In this document: one piece after another, positions 1-13,732 of the stretch | How positions within the stretch are numbered: the first letter of the stretch is position 1 | Layout of the letters: every line of letters starts with the position of its first letter | Source: Tubulanus polymorphus | Taxonomy: Eukaryota; Animalia; Nemertea | Reading direction: 5' to 3' | Length of the DNA: 64,000 nucleotides | Assembly: GCF_964204645.1 (NCBI RefSeq) | Contig: NC_134026.1 | Coordinates: 17,270,150-17,334,149 of the forward strand | Made by a program: the position numbers and the translations under genes | Notes under the pieces: model-generated | Told to the model about the DNA's origin: nothing | What the model saw: the letters and a program-made list of their open reading frames with translations, nothing else | The model's database searches: none

Positions 1-3000
1 AGTTCCAAGTGGGCTAAAAAACCTCCTGCTTCCAATCTAGTCACTGTTGTATAGTTTTTAAGCACACTTTTAAGACGATTAACTGCTCATTCGGTAACGT
101 ATCCATACTAATATATTATTAAATGAATCTTTTATGATAAACAAGAGGACTTTAGAGTCCTGAGGTTCGAAGAAGCAGTCTTATTAGGAATAGTTACATA
201 GATTGGCAAACTAGTAATATAAAAAACTAGTAACATTGTACATCTCATCGATGTGTGATTAGTACTTGTAATCAATTGTATTGTAATCAATAAAGGTTAA
301 GTCAAGATTATTCCATTTTAGGAGTCAGTTTAAAGACTTATCATTGAGATGATGCAAAATAAGTCAACCAAGTAATAACCACTGGAAAAGTCGATTAAAG
401 GAAAAAATCATTTATTAAATACATCGAATGTAGCCACGTGACATGATTGATTAAACAGCATCAACTGATCAGCAGTGTTGTGATGATAATATCACGAGAT
501 TGTACAGTTCCTCAGTGTGTTGACTACAGTTGCCTACGGCATGTTAAGGGTTAATGGATTATTAAGCATGTTTTTGCAGTACCCGATCGGTACCGATGTA
601 CAGTACTTCAATTCTATGTGAGATACGGCCCCTGTGTGGTTGGAAGATCTGAAAATCTATCAATCTGAAATTCTCGACACAATATCCGACGCTAAATACA
701 TTTCTTTGGAGGTATTTCTGGTGCATATCAGATGTCAATTATTTCTAGTATATTTTTTTCAACTATCAAATAGCCTAAAAATCTAAGATCAGTGAAAATA
801 TGAATACTGTGAACATGTATATAGGTTCTCATTTTCTGATTATTTTACTGTTAGAACATGTAAAATGCTGATTTCAGTGTCAAACATATGAATGGAAATG
901 GTCAACGACAAGACATCACCCTTCGAGATTTGATATTCATCAAGCGTATTGCCAGTATAAATTGTTTTTCGGTATAAATATAGTAATCGATAAAAGCCAT
1001 ATCAATATCGGTCCGAGACCCAGACCAAATCAACTCGTAATTCATTAATTCATTCATAGCTTCTTGCCCCAATCCACAACTAAAATGTATGTATACATTC
1101 AAATATTTCAATAAAAACATTTTACTTCATAAAACAAATAAATCATCCCTTTTACATTCTTATCTCTGTAGATTTACGCAGCAAATTGAGGTCGTGATGG
1201 AACGGATCGATTTCTTTAAAAACAATCGATCTCTTTTTGATATCATGAAGTTTGAATGAATGCCTAGTCACATCAATTTGTATTCATTGATTGTACGTCT
1301 TAGATGAGTTTGGTTTCAAAGCCGGATGAATCGCATAGCACGTTAACAGTGGTGGCACATAACGTTTGAATCTGTCAGTGTGATATAAGTACATATTTCT
1401 ATTTTCTACAATTCCCCAGGCACGTTGGAAGCTATGTTGTATTGCTGCTGCCGATTTTGGACAGATTCTTAATATTGCCGCGGCGAATTGACTTAATTTC
1501 TTCAAAAACATGGTATTCAAAGAAAAAACAAGAAAGAAATTCTAAAAATGGTTGTACTGAAAGCTTGCATGGTGGTTTTGTATTTCTGTAGTAGAATTAA
1601 TCGAATTTTGAACTGATTACTTAAAGAGCTAAGAGATCGGTGTTGTCGTACATCGTACACCAAATGTTACACACGGGGACTGGGAATATCGGAATGGTTT
1701 TATTGTAGACGTGGACCAAGTTAGTGCAAGCTTTTGGATAGTTGTTATTTGAATATTGTAGTGTCTTAACGGAATCTATCATCGTGTTGATAATTGCTAG
1801 ATTACGTATCGGATTTGTTGAAATGATTTTGCTTAGAAAATTTTACAGCTGAAAGAAAAAACGTGACTAACTCGAGTGACTCCAAGTGAAGAGAAGCCGC
1901 ACACGAAAATAGATAGGAGCCACGATTTTTCTTTTTAAAATAATAAAGACATTAAGCAAAAATAAGTTGCATCTCCTTCAAACAACAATCCACTGCGATC
2001 GTCCGATAAAGTTTACTCCTAAAGTTTATTGCCACCATAGACTACCACCCCCTGGCTCTTTGAAGAGACAGGGAGCCAGTCTTCAATTCAATTCAGAATT
2101 TATTTTACAGAAAAGCGGGTTTTAAGTTTTAGATATCTAAACTGAAAAATATAAATGTTCATACAGAGATTTTTCAAATGGCCGCTAATGCAAGCCCCCA
2201 ATGAAAGTAAAAGAAAATAAAAAGAATTTTTTTCAAACGTGAAAGTAAATTTTTTATTGTGTCAATAAAGAATGAATTGAATTGTCGGCAGCACTATGCC
2301 GCGCATGAATACCAATTTCAAGACTGATCACGCACGCTCAACCAAGGTCGGTATGCGCTGTTGAAATAACAAGAACGATTAAACAAAATCATAAAACAAT
2401 GAAAATGACAACCGATATAGCCAATATACGAAAGGAACCTAGATTTTATTACTGCGTTAAATGTGTGTAAATATCAGAGCCCAAGAAAGTTTCTAACGAA
2501 AGTTATCGACTCCCCAAGCAAGTTATCAATCCGTGTCATGGCAATATGGGCTTGCAAGCATGCAAGCCCATGAAAACGTCATTCAGTAAATTATTGCAGC
2601 GTCCATCGCCGCTGCAGTCGCTGCACTTCCAACGCCACTGTTCCCTTCATTCTGAATAGCATGGTGCACCTTTGCAGAAAATTATTATCACTGCTTTGCA
2701 GCTATAGCCTATTTCTTATATTAGTTTTCCAATTATGTCAGAAGTCCGAAATTCCCGGCATTTCCTGTATATCCTAAAAACAGCAAATCACAATCCCTTG
2801 TAGAGACGATGCTCCCAATCAAGGCCATTGCAATCTTATATGCAAGAGCTAAGAATTTTCCCGCCAAAAACAGTTTTCTGAGAGGTTTTAATGAAGCCGA
2901 CCCTGTCATTGAAGGAGGTTTTGCATGTCTTCAATCGCATCAATTATGCATTGTAATGGCCGAGAACCAATCAAACAAATGCTCACATAAAAAAAATACC

Positions 3001-4419
3001 GCAATTTAAAATAATTGGCTCAATCCTTTACCGCCAACAAAGGAAAACCAGAAAACACAACATTTTTGATTTTGATTTTTTGATGGTATTTCAGAAGGGG
3101 GACCCATAAGCAATCAAAACAAGAGGACAGAGTTTAGAATTGACTAGTAGTGAGTGGATGCATGAGATGTCAGTTTTCTTATCAGTGAAAAATAATTTTA
3201 AGTTTCTTGAATCTTTTTTCTACTACACACCCCGAACAGGGTATTTTTCATCTGTCGATCCGAGTAAGTCCGAAGGATAACTCTTCATTTCCGAACAAAC
3301 AAATACAAACAATTCACTGTCAGATAAGCCATTCATGTGCCCCAAAACTTTCCATATTACTTCAGGATTTTGGACTGTCAATACAACAGGCTATGATGAT
3401 CATAGCTAGAATCACGGAAGGCAAATGATTCGTTACAGGCATTTTTCTGTCCAATTATCAGTTCTCTATGATACAGCGTAATCCATGGCAGAAGAGATAC
3501 TAAGGGTGTTGTGGTGAACAGCAGGATGTTTACTAGACGTATCGACCCCACTCCTCGCGGTTCCGCCACCGTGTGGGATTTACACGAAGCAGCAAACACA
3601 AACATGGCCACTCTCTCAATTTTCAATGATAGAAATCGTCAGTGCATTTCAATTATTTCGGCTGTTAGGGTTTTAAGACACAATATAAGTTGATGATGTG
3701 ATATGGCGATGTTAATTAATGATAATTCCGCAGTGAAGCTAGTCACGAACGGTGCCGATTGAGTGTACAGCTGCCAAAACACTGAAATATGCGTAGTTGC
3801 GTAACTATTTGCAGTGAATTGCAGATGAAACATGAAGCCTTAACGGCCGTTTAAAAAAAAAATTAAACCAATCGCAATTGTAAAATAAAAATGAGATAGA
3901 ACCTAAGTTAAAATTCTGGCCATTTCTAAAATGTTATTACTAATTTTTAGTCAGTGCCGAACGTTTAGTTTTCCAACAATAATGAGGGGTGGTAGGTAGT
4001 CATGCAATTCAAGTCATCATTTATTACACGTTACTTCCGTGTTGTTGAAAATCTCGCGAGTCGTGGACCAAACCCCATTGAACAATGTGATCTGTGTGCT
4101 GGCCACAAATGCACACAGATCACACTACACTACCCATTACAAACTCCAGTACCCACAGCTATCATATATCCATCCAAATATTTAGAGTGTCTTTCTTCCT
4201 GGATACGTTTCCTTTATGCGGTCTTCAACCATAACGGACCTAACATGTCGCCCTTTGAACCAAGAGATGTTAATGAAAATCTGTCAATTATTAACACGAT
4301 CTCCGCTAAGCACTATTACATTTACATAGTATTCACTGAAAACTGCATACATTATCATGAATATAGATAGGTGGCAGTAGTACGATAACCACACTCAAAC
4401 GTGGCCCTTAAGAAAATAC

Positions 4420-4620
4420 TACACACGTGAATTTTTTTTTACACGTGTGAAAAACCATTTCACATGATGTGAAATTGGCAGTTGGAAAATTCTCCCCAAT
4501 TGGAAAATGTGAGAATTCACACATGTAAATATGAAAATTCACACGCGTAAATGCGAAAATTCACACGCGTAAATGTGAAAATTCACACGTGTAAATTGTG
4601 AAAATTCACATGTGTAATTG
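4420..4620. repeat. ~22-bp tandem repeat (AAAATTCACACGCGTAAATGTG), probably transposon subterminal repeats
   Basis: Several direct copies visible at 4510-4615. Confidence 0.7.
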
Positions 4621-4789
4621 GTGTCCATGAATAGGAATAGAAAACCAATGCATCAAATCCATTCTAAATATGATTATATATTCATTCAAAAGATAAAAAT
4701 GTACAAAATATGAATGAAAAATATTTGAAACAATTGTGGAATCCATTTGTTACAAATCCTTCAGACCAATCATAGCTAATTTATTGTGC

Positions 4790-7130
4790 CATTTTTGCGC
4801 AGATCTTTGCTGATGTGCCATCCAGAAATATTTCCATTATATGGCCTTCAAAAAAGAAAATAGACTTTTGGGTTACCGGTGAAGAGAACTTAATGCAACA
4901 TCAAAATTGACAGTTTCTGAAAAACCCTCTAAAGAAACTTACGGAGTACGAGATTCACTCAGATTTGATGAAGTCGTTATGCTGTATTACCACTACCACT
5001 TTGTTGCCATCTCCTCTGATGAATTAATAGAGCTGACATCAATGAATATATCAGAAAACAGAGACATACTGAAAAAGAGGAAAAGGAAAATTCGAGTCTT
5101 AAAATAGTTTGCGTCCACGATTCTCTCCTGGTTATTTGTTCACATTTAATCATAGTTAACTCATTGAAAATGAGCTTATTGTAAACCAAGAGTGAAATCT
5201 AATTCGAAACTGTGGAACTGGATCAAGGATATTGCAAATATCTAAATAATACGTAATACACTAACTATAAATTTTATCCGATTCAACTAACTCTTGTGAT
5301 TGCTGTAATATATGTCTATAGACCTCAGTTGCAACAGTTACTACGCCACTAGAAACTATTGTACGTGAAATTACATTAATTTTTACTGGTATCATACTCT
5401 TTCTTTTGATTTTCATTTGTGTGATATAATGGCCTATAAATTCAGAGATTATACTAAACATGCTGCATTTATTAAAATGACAGTATAAAGTGACCCTCTT
5501 TTTTCTTTACTTTTTCAATCACTCAGAATTTAGGGGATTATGAAAATTCTGAAGATTTGTTGAGATGCCGTGTTAATAGTCTCTCAGCTGATGAAGCTTG
5601 TGTGTCAAATAAAATATTTAACCTATATAGTACTAGTTTTATTTATGAATATTCTGAATAATTGATGATAGGAATCTAGTTCCCCCAGTGAAACTTCCAT
5701 TAAGTAAAGATCCCCATAAAGTAAATGTTCCTCAATGAAGAAATCCCCCAGTCCAATTTCACAACAAAATTATCAATCCCCATGTTGACTACAACGATTG
5801 AGATTGAAACCATGAACCCAGTTGTTTATACTCATTGGCTTATTAAGAATCATCGATTAAAAATGAAACATTTTCACTCAGAAATTTTATGATTCAAAGA
5901 GCACTTGCGTAAAAGAAAATTTAAAAGAAAAAAAATTCCTCAAAATAAAGTTATTTTGGTTAAAAGTTTGCTTACATATTAACACACTTGTGAAAATCAA
6001 TACTAATTCTAAATATCATCACGACATTGTTGCCATACATTTCAGAGGCAGTAATCAAATAGGATACTACAATTAGTTTCAAGATGATGTTAGTCTACAA
6101 CAGGGGGTGGCCCTGCTTTCATCAAAACAATGGGGAGTTCCTAGAAATTTGTTTTCAGGCTTTAGGCAATGTTTATTTAGGCAGCCAATGGTAGCCCTTG
6201 AGCATAGTGATAGATTAGTGAATAACCATTGCAAGCTGACATTGTAGAGGTTCCATATATACATTGAACCAGGAATAGTGAGTCATGTAATAATCATTCA
6301 TTCAGTCCCATGTGTTTTCGAAAATTCACACTGAATCTTATATATACAAGACAAAATTTAAGATTCTGGAGATCTCTCAATATATTAATAGACAATAAGA
6401 TAATTTCTCAAATTCTTTCCCCTATCTTAATTCTACATACTTAATTAACTTCAAAGAGAAGCTTTGTGGTTTGAAACCTTTTATCTTCTTCTCAATTCCG
6501 GTCTACTAAAGAATTATCTAAGGAATCTACTGCGGCAACTATTTTTTTTCTATGCTCAAAATCGCACTTACCGTTATATCCCCTTTTGTATTTCCATCAA
6601 CAAAACTAGCTTTATTCCTTTTTTGCACATTTCCTTCTGGAATCTTTTTTCCAGTTCTCTTGTAACGCATTAAGAAATTCGAGTTTCCTCATATTATCTG
6701 CAAAAAAATAAATCAACATTTCACAATAATGTTCAAAGAATAAAATCAATATAAATAGTTTCAATAAATACCGTACCTGCAGAATCAATTACACGTCCAA
6801 TGTATGCAGGCCAGCCAAAAGTGGTTTCATCGCTTTTTTCCAGCTACTCGATTCGGCCACATGATCTCCCCAAAATGACCATTTCTAATTATTTCTGGTT
6901 AATCACGGTGCTATGATAGACACGGTTTCGTGCTCTTTCCATTGAACAAGTACCGAATTAGGAGCCTTATAGTCGGAATGAAGCGCGCGTGGGTATAGAC
7001 AGATGCTCTCAAAGCATGTTTATAACTGGTGGCTCATAAGAAATTTCTGTAACCATCACAGATCCAGGAGTCCCAACAACTGAGCTCTCTGACCTAATAT
7101 TGGTTAAGAAAAACTTTGTTCTGGTCCCTG
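4790..7130 (-). pseudogene. Degenerate spliced ORF of unknown family, possibly a transposon accessory gene
   Basis: AG/GT-bounded segment ~7126-6778 (...VLVQWKEHETVSII...WPAYIGRVIDSA), then a polypyrimidine-AG acceptor at ~6699 (NMRKLEFLNALQENWKKIPEG...). Many stops. Confidence 0.3.
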
Positions 7131-8099
7131 ATACATTCATTTAATTGTGAAAAATAAAGACATAAACCCCTGTATCTTAGAGTATATTGAAAGTCTGTGC
7201 AGTAAGAATTTAAAGATAATAGGGAGCAATCAAATTCAGATTCACAACACCACTATTCTAAAATTTTTATCACACTAAGATACCTAGCAAAACTGTCAGA
7301 AAATGGCCAAGGTATTACCTAGGATAAATGATCGCATTCTAAGGATGTAAAAAAGTAACGATCATAATTTTTCGTATCAAAAATATTTAGTAGGGATTTT
7401 TGATACTTGTATTATGATTACCCAACATGATTCACTACGGGATTTTAATATTTGAACATGAGTAATTGTATTTAATGAAACCTCTTTTATATCAAATGGT
7501 CTCGTGTCCAGAAAAGAAAGAAGTTTATTTTACAGTTATTCTTACCTGTAGTAGAAGTACTAATAGTAGATTACTAAATTTACTATAAATCAGACAGTTT
7601 TTGGGATTTTGGTGAATTGACTCAGCATTTTCATATAGTTAACTTAAGCATGTTATTTCCTATTAATTATCTGTACATTTTGTATATTACTGAACCAAAT
7701 CTCATTGACTTAATTAGGCCTTCTGCGGAAAAAATTGTCATGTTTAATTTTAAAACATATATCGTTAGCAGTAACAATCCCCTCAATGAATAATAGGCAA
7801 GAATCCACGATTATTCAAATTGTACAAATCCCAAATCAACGATTTTGAAGCAGAATAATTTTCACATTCTATCCATTTTCTATACTAATTTTTCTAAAAA
7901 ATGGTTATAGAATTTTGCTAAAAAATGTTCTTTTCAAATCACGAAGTGGGGATTTTAACCTACTTTGAATCATTGGGTATTTTTACCTTTTCAATTTGTT
8001 CCATTGATGATGGCTTTTTCTAAGAAAAATGGTATATGTGATGGATCTGATGACATTGTCTCTAAAGACATTGACTTCGGACATAAAAAGCTGATGTAG

Positions 8100-8863
8100 A
8101 AAGTCTTTCAGAAACTTTCCAATTGATTGTGGTAGCAAAATATGCATAGGTACGAATATAATATAGAAATTCTAAGTTATTGTATTGTTCAATGCCCCCT
8201 GGTGGCCCTATACAAAAACCAATGACCATGTCATGAGCACCACTTTTCCAATTGATTGTGGTAACAAAACATACTTAAGTATCAATATAATGTGGAAAAA
8301 CTTTTTTCCACCTACGAATGAGTACTGGTGACACCAAGATGGCCACCAATTGTGTCATAATTGCCTAATTAAATATACCTGTCTCGGGTATAAAACATCC
8401 CTTTCCAAAGAATACCCACTACAAATTGAAATAAAAAATGGCAAACCATTAGGAAGCTACAGGAGTCAGAATTCAGGCCAAAATTAACATTTTTGGGCAC
8501 AAAACAAGATCACAGGACAGCCACCTTGAGTCTGACCGACCCAATTTTTCTCATGCTGATGGGGCCTTGGGCGGTACAAATATATATGAACAATCAAGGA
8601 AATTGATCAAAGTGTCTTCAAAATTTCCCTCGAAAACTTCGAAAATGTGTAAAAAGGGCTGGTAGTCGACCATCTTGAATCTGACAGGGCCAGTTTTTGG
8701 GCTGAAGATGTGCCTAGGGTAGATACATGTATAAACCAAATATCAAGACATTACCTTGAAGCGTCTTCAAAACTTCCCAAAATATCTGGATTCCATCTAC
8801 GGACCGACGGACGAAAAGTGAACGCAATAGCCCACTGGGAATGAAGTCCCAAGTGGGCTAAAA
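8100..8863 (+). mobile_element. Non-autonomous Helentron/HINE-like repeat (family A)
   Basis: Near-identical to 49500-50155. Ends in GGAC-type repeats and a 3' hairpin AGCCCACT...AGTGGGCT followed by AAAA; the same 3' end occurs at 1-21. Confidence 0.75.
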
Positions 8864-9349
8864 AGATGGTTGGAAATGAACGATACAGCAGAAGACAATT
8901 TACGGATCTCTGGGATAAAAGAGGAGAGAAACGAGGACTGTAAAAAAGTGCTGTATGAGTGTCTTAAGAAAGAATGCAATCTTAATTGGTACATTTTGTT
9001 CCTTGTATATTCTTGCCAAGATTACTTCTACCCTAATGATTGTATACAATAGTGTTGTATTTTATGTGTGCATGTATTTTCATAAACATGTACTTACTAT
9101 CTGTAATTGTACCTTATATTTTCTGTTTCTACGTAAAATTTTTTGTCATATTCAACACTCTAGTAGCAGGTGATGATGATATTGATGATTAATATGACCC
9201 TGATTGCAAATATTACAGCAGTGATGAGTTCAAAAAAAGCAAAATTAGCAGTACATTTTCCTTTTTGCCCACCAAATATACAAAGACTCTTTAAATCGTC
9301 AGTTTAAAGTAATCGCAATCACAGAAACATGGGCCTACAATTCACAGGA

Positions 9350-9492
9350 CAATCTTAGACTTGTCGAAAGCCTTCGAAACAATTAATCATTCAATTTTAC
9401 TTTAAAAACTTAATCACTATCGTATTAGGGGTATTTCATTATTGTGGTTTCAAGATTATTTAAATAAAAGAGAACAAGCAGTATCTTTTTAA
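9350..9492 (+). pseudogene. CR1/L2-group LINE reverse transcriptase relic, left half
   Basis: [44 protein letters not shown]; continues at 21357. Confidence 0.85.
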
Positions 9493-9824
9493 AGTAGTTC
9501 TAGAATTTGATAACGCAAACATTATTTTCTGACAACCTTATATTATTGATATATTATGGTGGAAAAAATAAAATCAAGCAATTTTTTGATAAGGCGAAAT
9601 CGGCATTTTATTAGAGAGTCAATTTTAACAAGGCAATTCGATACTACGTATCTATGTCCCCCGCGATAGCCAGTAGGGAATTAATGACCCCCGAAGACAC
9701 TAATCTTTGGTATAGAAAAATGATGAGTGTATCCAGGGATAACCATACTATGAAATATAATTTTCCTGCTATGAATGGTTATTTAAAAATAGAGTTTACA
9801 GGGTTTTAGGCAAAAGACGTCTAC

Positions 9825-11018
9825 CAACCTTGACCTTTGACCCTAGAACTCCAAAATCACTAATGCACATCCTCTCCCCAGGGGTAATCATACCATGAAA
9901 TAGCATTGTTCTGTTATCAATGGTTCTTCTTGGATCGTGTTTACAAGGTTTCATATGAATTATATCTAGTGACCTTGACCTTTTTCCCCAAAATCAATAG
10001 GGCACATCCTCTCCCTAGGGGTAATCATGCGATGTAATATCATTGTATTGCTATCAACAGTTCTTTCTGAATCACATTCACGACACAAGGTTTCACATGA
10101 ATGACCTGAAGTGACCTTGACCTTTGAACCTTGGAGCCCAGAATCGATAGGGCACATCCTCTCCCTAGGGGTAATCATACTACTTAATATCATGGTCCTG
10201 CTATCAACGGTTCTTCTTGAATGACGTTCACAAGGTTTCACATGAATTACCTGTAGTGACCTTGAACTTTGGTACTTGGACCCCAAAATCAATAGGACAC
10301 ATCCTCTCCCTAGGGCTAATTATACTACATAATATCATGGTCCTGCTATCGACGGTTCTTCTTAATGACATTCACAAGGTTTCACATGAATGACCTGTAG
10401 TGACCTTGACCTTTGGTCCTTGGACCCCAAAATCAATAGGGCACATCCTCTCCCTAGGGGTATTCATACTACGTAATATCATGGTCCTGCTATCAACGGT
10501 TCTTCTTGAATGACATTCACAAGGTTTCACATGAATTACCTGTAGTGACCTTGACCTTTGGCCCTTGAACCCCAAAATCAATAGGGCACATCATCTCCCT
10601 AGGGGTAAATCATACTACCTAATATCATGGTCCTGCTATCAACGGTTCGTCTTGAATGACGTTCACAAACTTTCACATGAATGACCTGTAGTGACCTTGA
10701 CCTTTGGTACTTGAACCCAAAAATCAATAGGGCACATCCTCTCCCTAGGGGTAATCATACTACGTAATATCATGGTCCTGCTATCAACGGTTCGTCTTGA
10801 ATGACGTTCACAAGCTTTCACATGAATGACCTGTAGTGACCTTGACCTTTGGTACTTGGACCCAAAAATCAATAGGGCACATCCTCTCCCTAGGAGTAAT
10901 CATACTACGTAATATCATGGTCCTGCTATCAACGGTTCTTCTTTAATGACGTTCACAAGGTTTCACATGAATGACCTGTAGTAACCTTGACCTTTGGTCC
11001 TTGGACCCCAAAATCAAT
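9825..11018 (+). repeat. ~146-bp tandem satellite, about 8 copies, with a partial unit resuming at 15583-15670
   Basis: GTGACCTTGACCTTT...AAAATCAATAGGGCACATCCTCTCCCTAGGGG recurs at ~145-146-bp spacing (e.g. 10291, 10436, 10581, 10726, 10871, 11016). Confidence 0.95.
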
Positions 11019-11140
11019 AGTCGGGTTGCTCGTGACGTCATCATTGTTTACGCTGCCATATTGCCGGTCAATTCAAACAATTGCCCGGCACGCGTCACTG
11101 ACGCACAACAAAAACATTAAAAATCCATCAAGATTTTACT

Positions 11141-12986
11141 ATGCCAGAGACATGTTGCGCCGTAGGGTGCACTAATAGAAGATATGGGGCAGAAAAAGCG
11201 TCATTTTATCGATTCCCCGCTGATCAAAATAGGAGAGATAAATGGATTGCCGCAATACATCGCGGTGCTGGGAAAAAGGGGTGGTCTCCAACTCAATACT
11301 CGAGAGTTTGCAGTGTACATTTTGCGTCAGGTAAATATATTAAGCCTATTTCAAATTCCCTAATCATTCAAATGTAAATGTTATAAATATTTCGCATTTT
11401 TGTGGGTGTGGGTATCCTGATGGACTACGAGAAACTGGGAAAAATAGTTGTGCTCTAAAACTTTGAGATGCTCCCTGACACGGGCCGAGGTTCTAAAAAC
11501 AGTCAGGCACTTATTTTATATACTATGGGATCTTAAAACTCCTCATAGAAAGAATAGTCCCAATTTAAGAGTGTAGGGTAGATAGCTTGTACACAAAAAA
11601 ATCTGCATTTGACAGTCTGTAAATTGCAGATTAGATTGCTCATTTTATCCTTTCCTTTTTAACGGTTAAGCCTACAACCAATTATCACTGGAGATGAACG
11701 AAAGCTCGTTGACAAAAATTTACAATTAAATAAATGACTTAATATGCTTCAATGCTTTTTTTGCAGGTTCGAAAAGTGATGATCCACTTTCTCCTGACTA
11801 TGTTCCATCTGTATTTGCCCACACACCAAGTCCACAGAAAAGAAAGACAAGTGCCCAACTTGAAAAATTTGTAATGAGACAGTCTGCAAAAAAGAAGCGA
11901 ATAAAAGCAGCAGAAATATCTGAGTCAGCCAAGGCACTTCTTGAATTTTCAGCAAATGCTGGACCATCAACATGCGGCACCACTAATGAACTACCTGTGC
12001 CAGGACAAAGTACTCAGACAGAGATGTCCATCGAATCAATTGCACGTATGATGAAAGAGTGTCAGAGATTGAGAACCGAGAACATTAAACTTAAAGCACA
12101 CGCCAGTAGATATTGTTTTGATTTGGAAAGTTTCAATGGAAGTGACCAGAGGTTAATGTCATGTACAGGAATTGCAAATTTCAAAATATTCAATGTTTTG
12201 TTCTCGGTCATAAAACCATTTTTGAAGGAAAAATCTCTGAGCACAGATCAGCAATTCATCATGACCCTTCTTCGATTAAAATTCGATCTAAGCTACGTGT
12301 TTCTATCTCAGGTATATTGAGTTCACAAGACAACAACTTGTCGAATATTTTTAGATGTGATTAATCTTTTGAATGACAGATGAGTGCCGTTGTTGCTTTT
12401 CTGGCCTGAAAAGACCAGGTTTATAAGTCAATGCCTATGTGCTTTAGGGCTGCTGGATACCAGAAATGAATCAGCATAATTGATTGCTTTGAAATTTTTA
12501 CAGAGAGCCCTAACTTATTCCAGTTACAAGCACCATAACACAATCAAATACTTAATAAGTATCACTCCTCAGGGATTTACCTCCTACATATCAAGGGGCT
12601 GGGGAGGTCGTACTTCTGACAAATATGTCACTGAACACAGTGGGTATTTAAATAACCTGTTGAGAGGTGATATTGTTTTGGCCGACCGTGGTTTTGACAT
12701 TAAAGAGTCCCTTGCAGTTCATGGGGCAACATTAGATATTCCAGGTTTTACAAAAGGTAAAACTCAACTGGATCCGGAGGAGGTGGAGAGAACCAGGAAT
12801 ATAGCTAATGTAAGGATTCACGTAGAGCGTGTAATAGGAATGATCCGACAAAGGTTCACAATTTTAGAGAGCACAATACCTATCTCGTTTTTACAAAACT
12901 CAGGACACTATGCTACACTAGATAAGATAGTACGGATAGCTTGTGCTTTATGTAATGCATCGAATCCGATTGTACCTGCAGAATAA
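11141..12986 (+). pseudogene. THAP-domain DDE transposase (ISL2EU), intron 11331-11766
   Basis: THAP CCAVGC...RVCSVHF...DYVPSVF; DDE_Tnp_4-like motifs [28 protein letters not shown]. Stops and frameshifts around 12320-12500. Confidence 0.9.
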
Positions 12987-13732
12987 ATTTAAAATTTCCT
13001 TATTATTAACGACTAATGTTGCAGAATAGAATTCATGCTTGTACTTGTTAAACAGAAGTAAAATGTAAAATGAAAGTTTTCATATTCAAATATTAATCAT
13101 ATGAAATTGCACTCTAATCTATTCTTTTATTTTCGTTGTAATTGTCAACTGGCTGGGGAACTAAGAAGCACCCATGGTACAGGATTCCATCTACAAGAAC
13201 AACAAAACAAGACAGTTAAACAGTATCTCTAGAATTTTTATTGCATTTTGGAATGAAAATGATTATATTCAATTTACACAATCTTCACAAAATTACGAAG
13301 TCACAGTCAGAAAGATTAGACGTTCGAGTGACACATATTAATCACTCAACAATAACAATATTCGATACATATCCTTTGGAGAAAATTCAAAATTAACCAA
13401 TGACCTTGAAACTTATCACAATTACAGGACATGTCATGAGCTACAACTTTGCAATTGATGCATATGTATCATTATATATTGACAAATTGTAATAAATTCA
13501 ATATTCAACTTCCCATGGTGTCAAGAACAAAGTTTTAGTATTCCCAATTCCATGTCACTGTGCTGGTAATAATCATGTATCAAGAAACCACCCGAAATAT
13601 TTCTAATTTTCCCCTTGAAAATTCAAATATGTGTATAAAGGGCAATTCAGCAATTAAGGACGACTAGTGAATGCAATAGCCCTATTGTCTCAATGGACGA
13701 AAAGAGGCTCATGTATAATTCAACTAGGTTTA

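Noticed and set aside
900-4370. Short ORFs as the missing RNF170 3' exon or other genes
   Set aside because: No DLPTLLRH- or LDFVPE-like motif and no recognisable domain found by eye.
9966-10872. Repeated ORFs (MILGSKYQ...HVKPCERH)
   Set aside because: Translations of the 146-bp satellite; the unit length is not a multiple of 3.
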